Positions 19,233 through 29,020 of a stretch of 30,332 nucleotides of DNA are shown in pieces (within the stretch, counting starts at the first letter, position 1; each line of letters starts with the position of its first letter). The translations under genes were made by a program, and so were the position numbers. Source of the DNA: Gemmatimonadota bacterium. GTDB lineage: Bacteria; Gemmatimonadota; Gemmatimonadetes; Gemmatimonadales; Gemmatimonadaceae. The stretch covers positions 1 through 30,332 of the forward strand of contig JANMLN010000093.1 of NCBI GenBank assembly GCA_031372565.1, written 5' to 3'. Under the pieces are notes generated by a model. That model was not told the DNA's origin and ran no database searches. It was given only the letters and a program-made list of their open reading frames with translations.

Positions 19233-20482
19233 ATCCGGCTATCGCCTCGCTCATCGCGCTGCTGCTCGTCATCGCCGCGTCGTTCACCTCGCGCGTGAAC
19301 GTCGGCGTGCTCGCCGTCTCGCTCGCGTGGCCCGTCGCGATGTACATCGCCGGCTGGAAGGCCGACGCCCTCGCCGCCACCTTCCCGTCATCGCTCTTCC
19401 TCACGCTGCTCGGCGTCACGCTGCTCTTCGGCATCGCGACCGCCAACGGGACCATGGCCGCGGTCACCCATGCGATCGTGCGCGGACTCAAGGGGCGCGC
19501 AAGCGTCATGCCGCTCCTCTTCTTCGTTCTCGCCTGCACGATCTCCACGATCGGCCCCGGCGCCATCGCGACCACCGCGCTCGTCGCGCCGCTCGCCATG
19601 GGCATTGCCGCACGCGCCAAGGTGCCGATGCTCCTCGCGGCGCTCATGGTGGGCAACGGTGCCAACGCAGGCAACCTGAGCCCGATCAGCGCCATCGGCA
19701 TGCTCGTGCAGGGCCTCATGACCAAGTCCGGGCTCGGGGGACACGACTGGGCTGTCTGGAGCGCGAACTTCTCCGCACATGCGCTCGCCGCCCTCATCGC
19801 GTGGACGCTCTTCGGCGGTCCAGCCTTGCTCAAGGGCGGCCGAGTGGAGGCGGAGCACGTCGAGTCCAGCATGGAGCAGCATCACGGCGTCACGCTCGCG
19901 GTGGGCGCGGTCTGGATCGCCGCCGTGCTGCTCCTCAAGGTGAACCCCGGCTTCGCGGCATTCGCCGCCGTGGCGGTCCTGGTGATCACGGGGCAGGTCG
20001 ACGACGGTGCCATGCTCAAGCAGGTGCCGTGGGCCGTCATCGTCATGGTCTGCGGTGTGAGCGTCCTCGTTGGTGTGCTGGAGAAGACCGGCGGCATGGA
20101 CATCTTCACCACGCTCCTCGCCCGCATCTCCACGCCCGGCACCGTGAACGGCACCATCGCCTTCATCACCGGCACCATCTCGACGTATAGTTCAACGTCG
20201 GGCGTCGTCTATCCTGCCTTCCTCCCGGCCGTGCCGGGTCTCGTGCAGAAGCTCGGTGGCGGCGACCCGCTGCAAGTGGCACTCTCCATCAACGTTGGCG
20301 CCGCCATCGTCGACGTGTCACCGCTCTCCACGCTCGGTGCGCTGTGCATCGCGGCCCTCCCGGCCGGGCATGATCCCAAAGTCCTCTTCCGGCAGCTCCT
20401 CATCTGGGGGTTCTCCATGACGATCGCCGGTGCGCTCTTCTGTCAGTTCGCCATTGGTCTCTTTGCCGGAGTTGGTCGATGA
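19229..20482 (+). CDS. Dicarboxylate carrier, MatC-like (SLC13/ion-transporter superfamily)
   Basis: Polytopic; VNVGVLA, FPSSLFLTLLGVTLLFGIA..NGT, SSTSGVV, VDVSPLSTLGAL; GTGA overlap with ligase. Confidence 0.78.
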   Translation: MNPAIASLIALLLVIAASFTSRVNVGVLAVSLAWPVAMYIAGWKADALAATFPSSLFLTLLGVTLLFGIATANGTMAAVTHAIVRGLKGRASVMPLLFFVLACTISTIGPGAIATTALVAPLAMGIAARAKVPMLLAALMVGNGANAGNLSPISAIGMLVQGLMTKSGLGGHDWAVWSANFSAHALAALIAWTLFGGPALLKGGRVEAEHVESSMEQHHGVTLAVGAVWIAAVLLLKVNPGFAAFAAVAVLVITGQVDDGAMLKQVPWAVIVMVCGVSVLVGVLEKTGGMDIFTTLLARISTPGTVNGTIAFITGTISTYSSTSGVVYPAFLPAVPGLVQKLGGGDPLQVALSINVGAAIVDVSPLSTLGALCIAALPAGHDPKVLFRQLLIWGFSMTIAGALFCQFAIGLFAGVGR

Positions 20483-22047
20483 TCCGCCGCGTTGCCGCCA
20501 CGGTACTGTTCGCGTCTGCCGCGCTGTCAGCGCGCGTCACGACAGCTGCCGCACAAGCCACCGCAGTGGCGCGCCCTCTGCCCATCGTGCTTGCGCCACC
20601 CACCAAGGGGGCCCCAGCTCCCATCAAGCCGGCGCCCATGGCATCCGTCATTGCGCGCGGTGATTCGCTGCAGTTCTCGGCTGCCTGGACGCCGCCGCCA
20701 GGCGTGCCGCTCAACCATCACACGGCCGGCTTCGCCGTCACGCTCTGTGGCGCGGTCTTCATCACGGGCCTCGAACCCGCCGACGCGGCCGCCAACATCG
20801 GCTTCTTCAGTGGCCCGCTCAAGTACCGCAGCGAGGTCAAGGACACCGTCGTCGACCGCACAACGCAAACGGTCAAGCTGACACTCAAGAGTGGCGTCAC
20901 GCGCGTTGCGCGGCGCTACGGCTCGCAGGGGTGCGTGCCGCTCCCGATGGGCGAAGACTCGGTGCACTTCACGCCGAGCATCGTGAAATCGGCGCTGCCC
21001 CCCGCTGCGACGACGCCGTGGCCCATGGGCGATGTGCTCCCCCGGAAGACCGACTGGACGGGTGTCGACTCGGCACTCGTGGCCCAGGCCGTCACCGAAG
21101 CGTTCGGCCCCGACTCCGCAATGACACTCGGTTTCGTCATCACGCGTAACGGCCGGATCATCGGCGAGCGCTACGCCAAGGGCATCAACCTCCACTCGCA
21201 GCTCGAGAGCTGGTCGATGGGCAAGAGCCTCACCGGCTCGCTCGTCGCGCGCCTCATGCAGATGGGCGTGTACACGCTGGAGCAGAGTGCGCCGTTCCCC
21301 GAGTGGCAGAAGCCGGGTGATCCGCGCCAGCAGATCCGCATCATGGACATCATGCGCATGTCGAGCGGGCTGCGCATTCTGGCGCCGCAGGATCCGGGCT
21401 ACACGGACAAGCCGGACGTCTATCCCGATCACCTCTATCTCTACACCGGCAGTGTCAACGAGTACGCCTATGCCGCCTCGCGTCCGCAGCAGTGGAAGCC
21501 GGGGGTCGTCGGCCGCTATCGCAACGTCGATCCGGTGCTCGCGAGCTACCTCGTGCGACTGGGCGCCGAGAAGCTCAAGCAGGACTATCACGCCTTTCCG
21601 ACGCGGGCGCTGTTCGACAAGATCGGCATGCGCGACGTCACGATCTACACCGATCCGTTCGGCAACTTCCTCGGGCAGGGTGCCGAAGTCATCGCGGCAC
21701 GTGACTGGGCGCGCCTGGGCAACCTGTACCTGCAGGATGGCGTCTGGAACGGCGAGCGCCTCTTCCCGAAGGGATACGTCGACTACGCGCGCACGATTGC
21801 GCCGGGCTGGTTGGCCGACGGTCGCCCGGTGTACGGCGGCGGCTTTCTCTGGATCAACGGCGACGGTCGCGAGCCGCTCCCCACGAACGCCTACGCGTTC
21901 CTGGGTGCTGGTGGGCAGAGCGCGTGGATGGTGCCGTCGCACGGACTCGTGATCGTGCGCATCGGCAAGTATCGTGGGTCGGATGCGGGCGAGAAGGCGC
22001 TCCGTCAGGGCATGGCGACGCTCATGCGGGCGGTGAAGCCCGTGTAG
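20479..22047 (+). CDS. Secreted serine hydrolase, beta-lactamase/class C-like family
   Basis: Signal peptide; SWSMGKS (SxxK), MRMSSGL, YRN, ARDWARLGNLYLQDGVWNGERL, GAGGQ. Confidence 0.88.
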   Translation: MIRRVAATVLFASAALSARVTTAAAQATAVARPLPIVLAPPTKGAPAPIKPAPMASVIARGDSLQFSAAWTPPPGVPLNHHTAGFAVTLCGAVFITGLEPADAAANIGFFSGPLKYRSEVKDTVVDRTTQTVKLTLKSGVTRVARRYGSQGCVPLPMGEDSVHFTPSIVKSALPPAATTPWPMGDVLPRKTDWTGVDSALVAQAVTEAFGPDSAMTLGFVITRNGRIIGERYAKGINLHSQLESWSMGKSLTGSLVARLMQMGVYTLEQSAPFPEWQKPGDPRQQIRIMDIMRMSSGLRILAPQDPGYTDKPDVYPDHLYLYTGSVNEYAYAASRPQQWKPGVVGRYRNVDPVLASYLVRLGAEKLKQDYHAFPTRALFDKIGMRDVTIYTDPFGNFLGQGAEVIAARDWARLGNLYLQDGVWNGERLFPKGYVDYARTIAPGWLADGRPVYGGGFLWINGDGREPLPTNAYAFLGAGGQSAWMVPSHGLVIVRIGKYRGSDAGEKALRQGMATLMRAVKPV

Positions 22048-22105
22048 CGCGTCGCCCGCGCTTCCCGCTCACGCCGCACCCTGTTCCACCATCCTCCCTC
22101 GTCGC

Positions 22106-22558
22106 ATGCCACGCTCGCTGCTCCTCCGTTTGTTCCTTGCGGGCGCGTTGCTCGCAGCACCGTCAGCACTACTGGCCCAGGCCACCCCCGTGGGCCGCTG
22201 GCACACGATCAGTGACGTCGACGGCAAACCGCGCGGCGTCATCGAGATCAAGGAAGTCGACGGCAAGCTCGTGGGAACCGTGGCCGGCACGCTCGTGCCG
22301 GGCGAACGGGACGACAAGGTGTGCGTCAAATGCACCGACGAGCGAAAGGGCCAGCGCATCATCGGCATGGACATCCTCCGCGGCCTCAAGCGCGACGGCG
22401 ACGAGTGGACCGGCGGCGAGATCCTCGACCCGGACAACGGCAAGACCTACAAGGCGAAGGTCAAGCTCATCGACGGTGGCAAGAAGCTTGTCCTGCGCGG
22501 CTACATCGGCTTTTCCCTCCTCGGCCGCTCGCAAACCTGGGTCCGCGCCGACCCCTGA
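22106..22558 (+). CDS. DUF2147 family secreted protein
   Basis: Signal peptide; PVGRWHTI, CVKC, WTGGEILDPDNGKTY, LRGYIGFSLLGRSQTW. Confidence 0.88.
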   Translation: MPRSLLLRLFLAGALLAAPSALLAQATPVGRWHTISDVDGKPRGVIEIKEVDGKLVGTVAGTLVPGERDDKVCVKCTDERKGQRIIGMDILRGLKRDGDEWTGGEILDPDNGKTYKAKVKLIDGGKKLVLRGYIGFSLLGRSQTWVRADP

Positions 22559-22565
22559 CGCCTCC

Positions 22566-22620
22566 TGAGCCCCCTGTCGTGGTGAGCCCCCTGTCGTCCT
22601 GAGCGAAGCGAAGGACCTGC
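22566..22620. repeat. Tandem 15-bp repeat merging into a REP-like short palindrome
   Basis: TGAGCCCCCTGTCGT at 22566 and 22583 (period 17), then TGTCGTCCTGAGCGAAGCGAAGGACCTGC with GTCCT/AGGAC arms. Confidence 0.6.
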
Positions 22621-22663
22621 TTCTCCTCCTTCTCCTTCTCCCCCTCGCCGGAGCCCGCACCCC

Positions 22664-24235
22664 GTGCACGTCCCGCTCTCTCCCCTCGAATTCAAGCGCC
22701 GCGCGCGCTCCCTCTACGCCGACCGCGAAGCCGTCGTCGACGGCAAGCTCCGCTTCACCTACGCGCAGTTCCTCGACCGCTGCGATCGCTGGACCACCGC
22801 GCTTCAGTCACTCGGCGTCGCCCCCGGCGACCGCGTCGCCTACATCGCGCCCAACACCCACGCGATGCTCGAGGGGTTCTACGGCGTGCCACAGGCCGGT
22901 GCCGTCGTCGTCCCCCTCAACTTCCGGCTGCTCGCGAGCGACTGGGTCTACATGATCAATCACTCCGGAAGCCGCGTCGTCTGCGTGCACAGCGACTTCC
23001 TCGACCTCGTCGAGAGTGTGCGACACGAAATGCCGGCGGTCGAGCACTTCATCGCCCTCGAGGGAGCGCTCCCGGGCTGGCAGTCGTACGAGGCGCTCGT
23101 CGCGGCCTCCGCGCCCGACTTCCACGCCCACGAGCTGGCCGAGACCGACCTGCTCACGATCAACTACACCTCGGGCACCACCGCGCGCCCCAAGGGGGTC
23201 ATGATCACCCACCGCAACGCGTGGGTGAATGCCGTCGGTACCATGATCCACCATCGCATCGTCCCCGGCGATCGCTTCCTGTGGACGCTCCCGATGTTCC
23301 ACGCCAACGGGTGGACCTTCACCTGGATCGTGACCGCCGCGGGCGGCACGCATGTCTGCCTGCGGAAGCTCGACATGCCCACCGTCTACGAACAGCTCGA
23401 GCGCGAGCACATCACCATGCTCAACGCCGCGCCCACGGTGCTCATCTCCATCGCCTCCGCCGATCCTGCGCTGCGCGCCCGCGCGCCCAAGGGGGTGCGC
23501 GTGCTCACGGGTGGCGCGCCCCCCGCGGCCCACACGATCGAGCGCATCGAGGGAGAACTTGGCTGGACCATCACGCAGATCTACGGCCTCACCGAGACAT
23601 CGCCCTTCATCTCGATCTGTGAGCCGCTCCCCGAACACGCCGCCCTCACCCTCGCCGCACGCGCGGTGATCAAGGCTCGGCAGGGGGTCGAGTTCATCAC
23701 CAGCGGCAACCTCCGCGTGGTCGATGACGCCCTCAACGACGTCCCCCGCGATGCAGCCACCGTCGGCGAGATCGTCGTGCGCGGCAACGTCGTCATGGAG
23801 GGCTACTTCCGCGATCCCGACGCCACCGAGCGCGCCTTCCACGGCGGCTGGTTCCACTCGGGCGATGCCGCCGTCGTGCATCCCGGCGGCTACATCGAGA
23901 TTCGCGATCGCCTCAAGGACGTCATCATCTCCGGCGGCGAGAACATCTCCTCCGTCGAAGTCGAAGGCGTGCTGATGCGACATCCCGCCATCCACGAAGT
24001 CGCCGTCGTCGGCATGCCACACGAAAAGTGGGGCGAAGCGCCCCACGCGTTCGTCGTCGTCAAGCCGGGCACCACGCTCACGGACGAGGAGCTCCGCGCC
24101 TTCGCCCGTGAGCGACTCGCCGGCTTCAAGGTGCCCAAGGGGCTCACCATCCTGGCCGAACTTCCCAAGACCGCCACCGGCAAGATCCAGAAGTACGTGC
24201 TGCGCGGTGGGCGGGCAGGGATCACCGCACAGTAG
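22664..24235 (+). CDS. Fatty-acid--CoA ligase (AMP-binding family)
   Basis: YTSGTTARPKG, LPMFHANGW, YGLTET, GWFHSGD, DRLKDVIISGGENISSVEVE, TGKIQK. Confidence 0.9.
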   Translation: MHVPLSPLEFKRRARSLYADREAVVDGKLRFTYAQFLDRCDRWTTALQSLGVAPGDRVAYIAPNTHAMLEGFYGVPQAGAVVVPLNFRLLASDWVYMINHSGSRVVCVHSDFLDLVESVRHEMPAVEHFIALEGALPGWQSYEALVAASAPDFHAHELAETDLLTINYTSGTTARPKGVMITHRNAWVNAVGTMIHHRIVPGDRFLWTLPMFHANGWTFTWIVTAAGGTHVCLRKLDMPTVYEQLEREHITMLNAAPTVLISIASADPALRARAPKGVRVLTGGAPPAAHTIERIEGELGWTITQIYGLTETSPFISICEPLPEHAALTLAARAVIKARQGVEFITSGNLRVVDDALNDVPRDAATVGEIVVRGNVVMEGYFRDPDATERAFHGGWFHSGDAAVVHPGGYIEIRDRLKDVIISGGENISSVEVEGVLMRHPAIHEVAVVGMPHEKWGEAPHAFVVVKPGTTLTDEELRAFARERLAGFKVPKGLTILAELPKTATGKIQKYVLRGGRAGITAQ

Positions 24236-24253
24236 CGCGCCGCGTCACCCCCC

Positions 24254-24691
24254 TCAGCGCCGCGCGGCGGCCGGCGAATACTCGGTCGCCGTCATGAACA
24301 CGCGCTCCGGCGCCTTCGCGAGAATCTTCCCGTCGGCTTCGCTCGCGTCGCGCACCCGCACCCACTCCGGGTCCGTCCCGAACGCCACCCAGTTCCTGTC
24401 CGCGGCCGCACGACTCTCGTGCGACACCACATAGATCAGCGTGTTCTCGCGCCGCGCGCTGTCCATCGGAACCCAGTACATCTCGTTCCGCATGCCGTGC
24501 CGTTCGAAGAGCGACATCGTGTGTTCGGCGAACCGCTTGTTCAGCGCCGGCAACCGGCCGGGGAGCACCGTGTAGGTGCGCAACTCGTACACGCGCGTGT
24601 CGGCCGCGCGATGTGCGCTACCGGCCGCAAAGCCGACACTACCGGCGGCCAGCACGGCCAGCGCGCCAATGAACAAGGGTCTGCGAAACAT
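24254..24691 (-). CDS. NIPSNAP family protein with signal peptide
   Basis: RVYELRTY, LNKRFAEHTMSLFERHG, NTLIYVVSHESR, WVAFGTDPEW; ATG 24691. Confidence 0.85.
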   Translation of the reverse strand: MFRRPLFIGALAVLAAGSVGFAAGSAHRAADTRVYELRTYTVLPGRLPALNKRFAEHTMSLFERHGMRNEMYWVPMDSARRENTLIYVVSHESRAAADRNWVAFGTDPEWVRVRDASEADGKILAKAPERVFMTATEYSPAAARR

Positions 24692-24852
24692 GCGTCGTGT
24701 CCTGAAGGAGAGTCGGGGCGCCCATGCGCGCCACCGTCCAACGATGCGGTCACGACCGCGCTGACGCCAGTGCACCCCCGGTGCGTGACTCACGCCATCG
24801 CGCCGGACGTGCCAGATTTGCCGACGACCCTCCACCCTCGTCGAGCGACTTC

Positions 24853-25974
24853 GTGAGCCAGCCCGTTCCTGAACGCCTGTCCGCCGTACTGGCCGACCGC
24901 TATCGCATCGTCCGCGAGATCGGCATGGCCACGGTCTACCTCGCCCTCCTCGGCGCGCCCGCGCTCGCCGCCCAGCAGGGCGACCCTCACCGCACCTTCA
25001 CCGTCGGCACCGCGACCGCCACACGCGGCGAGAAAGCGCTTGGGAGCATCGCGATTCCCGCCGGCACCGATGCCGCCCTCGACATCGCCGTTGCGGTCAT
25101 CCACGGCGCCAAGCCCGGCCCCGTCCTCGCACTCGTCGCCGGCTCGCACGGCACCGAGTATGCCTCGATCATCGCGATGGAGCAGCTCATCCAGCAGCTC
25201 GACCCGACCAAGCTGCGCGGCACCGTCATCATCGTGCCGCTCGTCAACACGCCGAGCTTCCATCAGGTGGTGCCGCACCTGAATCCGGTGGACGGGAAGA
25301 ACATGAACCGCTTCTACCCGGGCAATCCCACCGGCACGCAGACCGATCGTGCCTCCTACGCCATCACCAGGCAGGTCATCGAACCCGCGGATCACGTCAT
25401 TGACATGCACGGTGGCGACATTGACGAAAGCCTCCGTCCGTTCAGCTACTGGACCGTCACCGGCAACACGGCGCAGGACGACGCATCGAAGGCCATGGTG
25501 CTCGCCTTCGGCCTCGAACACATCGTCGTCTCGAAGGATCGCCCGTCCGATCCGGCCGCGTCCAGGTACCTCGAGAACACCGCCACCACGCGCGGCAAGC
25601 CGTCGTTCACCGCCGAAGCGGGCGGCGCCGGCACGGTCATGCCGGCGGACGTCAACGCGCTCGTGAATGGCTCGCTCAACGTCATGCGCCAGCTGCGCAT
25701 GCTCGAGGGCAAGCCGCGCATCGTCACCAAGCCGGTCTGGCTCACCGAACTCCTCTCGGTCAGCGCGAACCTTGCGGGCATCTTCTATCCCGAAGTCGTC
25801 CGCAACCAGCATGTGAAAGCTGGCGCGCGCCTCGGGCACACCACCGACTACCTCGGCCGCGAGCTCGAAGTCGCCAAGGCGCCCAAGGACGGCATCGTGC
25901 TCTACGTGCGCCCCATTCCCAGCATTTCGAAGGGCGAGACCATCGCCAGCATCGGCGTCGTGGGGAAGCCGTAG
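24853..25974 (+). CDS. Succinylglutamate desuccinylase/aspartoacylase family (M14-like) protein with kinase-derived N-terminus
   Basis: GSHGTEY (HxxE), NMNRFYPG, DMHGG, AEAG; start GTG 24853 or ATG 24925. Confidence 0.85.
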   Translation: MSQPVPERLSAVLADRYRIVREIGMATVYLALLGAPALAAQQGDPHRTFTVGTATATRGEKALGSIAIPAGTDAALDIAVAVIHGAKPGPVLALVAGSHGTEYASIIAMEQLIQQLDPTKLRGTVIIVPLVNTPSFHQVVPHLNPVDGKNMNRFYPGNPTGTQTDRASYAITRQVIEPADHVIDMHGGDIDESLRPFSYWTVTGNTAQDDASKAMVLAFGLEHIVVSKDRPSDPAASRYLENTATTRGKPSFTAEAGGAGTVMPADVNALVNGSLNVMRQLRMLEGKPRIVTKPVWLTELLSVSANLAGIFYPEVVRNQHVKAGARLGHTTDYLGRELEVAKAPKDGIVLYVRPIPSISKGETIASIGVVGKP

Positions 25975-26045
25975 CACAGCGGCAATGCCGAACGCGTCCC
26001 ACGTGCAATTGGCGACGCCGATCCCGTCGCCGCGGCTGGCTGATC

Positions 26046-26825
26046 CTAGGGAGCGCCCGCCACGGTCCAGATCGTGACCAGCAGGCCGGTGTTGTTCTCC
26101 GACACGCGTGGCGCGCCCCGCCAGATGAACTGGTTGAAGTACCCGGCCTCGACGCGAAGGCGCGGCGAGAAGCGCCAGCCGAGCTGGACCGACGCGCGGT
26201 TCTGCTCGAGCGTCCGGCCCAGCACCTGCTCGCCGACGTGCACGAACAACTCGTCCCACGCGGTGAGGTAGAGGGCCGGCGCATCGAGCCCAACCGCTGG
26301 GGCGTTCACCGTCGCGCGCACCATGGGACGGAAGCGCTGGCGGAACGTCCAGTCCGTCACCTCCCACTCACCACTGGTGAGCGCGCGCGTCTGGCCGAGC
26401 CATCGCTGCTCCATGCGGAATCGCGCCTGCCACGCCACCGGGCCCGTGGCGGCGCTGAGCAGCAGCTGTTGCCAGGTCCGGTGCTCGGGAAAGGGGGTGG
26501 CGGCCGGCGCCTGGCCGTAGCGCGCCGTGCCCACCCACGCGTAGCCGGCGCCCACGCGGACGCGTGGCGAGAAGGTGTAGAGGATGCCCGGGCGCAGCAG
26601 GAGTTGCTGTGGCTCCGCCCCGGTGACTCCGCTGCGACGCAGCTGGGCATCGCCAAAGAGCGCCCACCGTGGCGACAGGCGCTGCTCGTGAAAGAGCTGC
26701 ACCCACGCGATGTCGTTGTCCACGGTCTGCGCGCGCACCGCGTGAGGGACCGCCGCCAGGAGAGCGACGGCCCCCGCGGCGCACGACGCGCGCCACCGCC
26801 TCACGACTCGCTGCGTATGCATCAT
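26046..26825 (-). CDS. DUF2490-like outer-membrane beta-barrel protein
   Basis: Signal peptide, QQLLLRPG, EHRTWQQ, RFRMEQRW, DELFV, EQNRASVQLG, EAGYFNQF; start approximate. Confidence 0.8.
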   Translation of the reverse strand: MMHTQRVVRRWRASCAAGAVALLAAVPHAVRAQTVDNDIAWVQLFHEQRLSPRWALFGDAQLRRSGVTGAEPQQLLLRPGILYTFSPRVRVGAGYAWVGTARYGQAPAATPFPEHRTWQQLLLSAATGPVAWQARFRMEQRWLGQTRALTSGEWEVTDWTFRQRFRPMVRATVNAPAVGLDAPALYLTAWDELFVHVGEQVLGRTLEQNRASVQLGWRFSPRLRVEAGYFNQFIWRGAPRVSENNTGLLVTIWTVAGAP

Positions 26826-26924
26826 CCCAACAGAACTTATCAGGCGGCCCACTCGTGCCGATCCGCGGCCATGGGACGCATCAAGGAGTCGGCCGACCAG
26901 TTCGTCCTCGACCCGGCGCGCGAA

Positions 26925-26968
26925 CGCAAAGAAGAAGCCCCGCAATCCATGAAAGATTGCGGGGCTTC
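26925..26968 (-). terminator. Rho-independent terminator after tRNA-Pro
   Basis: 14-bp stem GAAGCCCCGCAATC/GATTGCGGGGCTTC (26934-26968) followed on the minus strand by TTCTTTG. Confidence 0.8.
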
Positions 26969-26980
26969 GCTTTGTGCACG

Positions 26981-27054
<74 letters not shown>

Positions 27055-27116
27055 AATTTCGGTAGGGTCTTTCACAACACATCCAGCAAGTGCCTGCAAC
27101 TCCCTGCAACCGCACA

Positions 27117-27190
27117 TGCGCCCGGAGGGACTCGAACCCCCAACCTTCTGATCCGTAGTCAGATGCTCTATCCAATTGAGCTACGAGCGC
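27117..27190 (-). tRNA. tRNA-Arg(ACG)
   Basis: Minus strand GCGCTCGTAGCTCAATTGGATAGAGCA-TCTGA CT ACG GA TCAGA-AGGTTGGGGGTTCGAGTCCCTCCGGGCGCA. Confidence 0.96.
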
Positions 27191-27229
27191 CTTGCCCCAC
27201 CAGCGCTTCACACGCCTCTGGAGCCTTGC

Positions 27230-27258
27230 AAACTACCAACCTTGCCGCGGACCGTCAA
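27230..27258 (-). promoter_or_regulatory. Sigma70-type promoter for tRNA-Arg/tRNA-Pro
   Basis: Minus strand TTGACG-17 nt-TAGTTT, about 40 bp upstream of tRNA-Arg. Confidence 0.75.
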
Positions 27259-27288
27259 CCGCTCGCAACGCCCCGCGGCAACCTGACC

Positions 27289-28797
27289 CTACTCGATCGG
27301 CTTGTAGCGGAACGCCGACACGCCGCCCTTCGGAAAAATCACCTTGAACTCCTTCGTCCCCTTCGGCGTAATCCCGTCCAGCTTCGCGTCGGCAGTCCCG
27401 ACCACGGCGCCGTCCTTGTCCAGGAACTCCACCGCCATCACCACCGACTTCGCCCCCTTGTCCCGGTTCTCCACCGACCCGGTCAGCGTGGTCTCGGTCT
27501 GCCCGCGGAAGAAGTTCGTGAAGGTCACGCGCATCGGCAGCGCGTCACCCTTCGTCTGGTACTTCACCACCGAGTCGGTGTACGCGCGGCGCAGCTTCAC
27601 CGACGCCGCATCCTTGCCCGTGTACGCCTTGCCGATCCCCTGATACGCATACGCATACCACAGCCAGTTGTCCCCGTTGTTCGGGTCCACCGTCGTCAGC
27701 TTGGCCGCAATCGGCAGCATCTCCTTGAACTTGTTGGCCGCGTAGTACGACGCCGCCGCGTTGTTCAACGCGTCACGCTGATACGGGTTCTGCTCGAGGG
27801 CGAGCTCGAACATGCGCGTGGCTTCGGCCGTCTTGTTGAGCCGCGTCATCGTCACCCCGGCCGACACCTTCTCGTAGTCGCCGTACTTCGCCGGGTTCGC
27901 CAGCAGGTCGCCGTACACCCCGACCACGCCGAGCGTGTCCTTGAGGCCGATCAACATCTCGGCCAGCATGCTGCGCACTGGCACCGCATCCTGTTCCGTC
28001 CCCGCCTCGTTCAGGAAGGCGCGCAAGTCGTTCACCGCCTGCTTCTGCGCCGACTCCCGGTCCGCCCCCGTGGCCCGCTCGGCGATCTCCGACGACGTCC
28101 GCGCGATGGTCAGCAGCGAGCGGTGCTTGATGTCGGTGTAGTTGGTGTCGCTCCCCGCCAGCCGAGCCGCTTCGGTCAGCATCGCGCGCGTCGTGGCCAC
28201 GTCCTTCTTGTTCGCGGCCACGGAGCCGAGCACATACGGACCGTACGCGCTCTGGCGGTTCATGATGCGCGAGCGCTCGGCCAGCTTCGCGGCGGAATCC
28301 TGATTCCCGGCCGAGAGCTGTGCGAACGACGCCTGCACGAGCGAGAACCAGGGGCGCTGCGCGCGCCACGCCGCCGTCTGCGACATGCAGCCGGGCTGGG
28401 CCTTCTCCACCACGGAGAAGAGCGAATCCACCAGCACCACGAGATCCAGCTTCGCGTCGGGGTTGTCGGTGAAGCCGACCGCGCCACGCGTCGTGATGTA
28501 CGTCGCCGGCATCCCCGGATCGCCCATCCATGACGCCAGGGTCTGCCCCATGTACCAGGCACGCCCTTCCGGATTCTCCGGCCCGATCTTCGCGTCGCTC
28601 AGAATCCGGATGACGTCGCGGAAGTTGCGCGCCCGCTCGGCCGGATCCTTCGACATCGAGCCCTTCGACAGGGACAAGCCCGCCAGCGGCAGCTGACGCG
28701 GCTTGCTCTCGTCCAGTTCACACTTCGCCTGCGCGCCGGCCGTCTGGGCAAGGCACACGGCCGCGACCAGCGCGGCCAGCGATCGATTCCAACGCAT
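27289..28797 (-). CDS. Secreted TPR-repeat protein with C-terminal FxLYD-like beta domain
   Basis: Signal peptide MRWNRSLAALVAAVCLAQTAGA; TPR-like FELALEQNPYQRDALNNAA; C-terminal LTGSVEN...VEFLDKDGAVVGT...ITPKGTKEF. Confidence 0.75.
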   Translation of the reverse strand: MRWNRSLAALVAAVCLAQTAGAQAKCELDESKPRQLPLAGLSLSKGSMSKDPAERARNFRDVIRILSDAKIGPENPEGRAWYMGQTLASWMGDPGMPATYITTRGAVGFTDNPDAKLDLVVLVDSLFSVVEKAQPGCMSQTAAWRAQRPWFSLVQASFAQLSAGNQDSAAKLAERSRIMNRQSAYGPYVLGSVAANKKDVATTRAMLTEAARLAGSDTNYTDIKHRSLLTIARTSSEIAERATGADRESAQKQAVNDLRAFLNEAGTEQDAVPVRSMLAEMLIGLKDTLGVVGVYGDLLANPAKYGDYEKVSAGVTMTRLNKTAEATRMFELALEQNPYQRDALNNAAASYYAANKFKEMLPIAAKLTTVDPNNGDNWLWYAYAYQGIGKAYTGKDAASVKLRRAYTDSVVKYQTKGDALPMRVTFTNFFRGQTETTLTGSVENRDKGAKSVVMAVEFLDKDGAVVGTADAKLDGITPKGTKEFKVIFPKGGVSAFRYKPIE

Positions 28798-29020
28798 CAG
28801 CTTCACTCCGTCACTCCCGTCATGAGATGGCCGCCATGGCCGTCGCGGGGCCCGATCGCGCCCCGACCTCGAAACGCCGCCCGGCACGGTGTGCATGGTG
28901 CGGCGTGCTTGCCTTCCGATACCCGCCGACCGTGACTGAGGGTCCGGATCGGCGAGCCGGATAAGCTACGTGGCTCGGGGAAGCGCCGCCACGCGCGGCC
29001 CCCCCCACCTGCCAGATGCA

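Noticed and set aside
20479..22047. Antibiotic-resistance beta-lactamase
   Set aside because: The SxxK fold is shared by many esterases and amidases; nothing specific indicates beta-lactam hydrolysis.
22566..22604. Mini CRISPR array
   Set aside because: Repeats are 15 bp separated by 2 bp, with no spacers and no cas genes.
26011..26031. Hairpin GGCGACG/CGTCGCC between convergent genes
   Set aside because: 7-bp stem with no U-tract; too weak to call a terminator.
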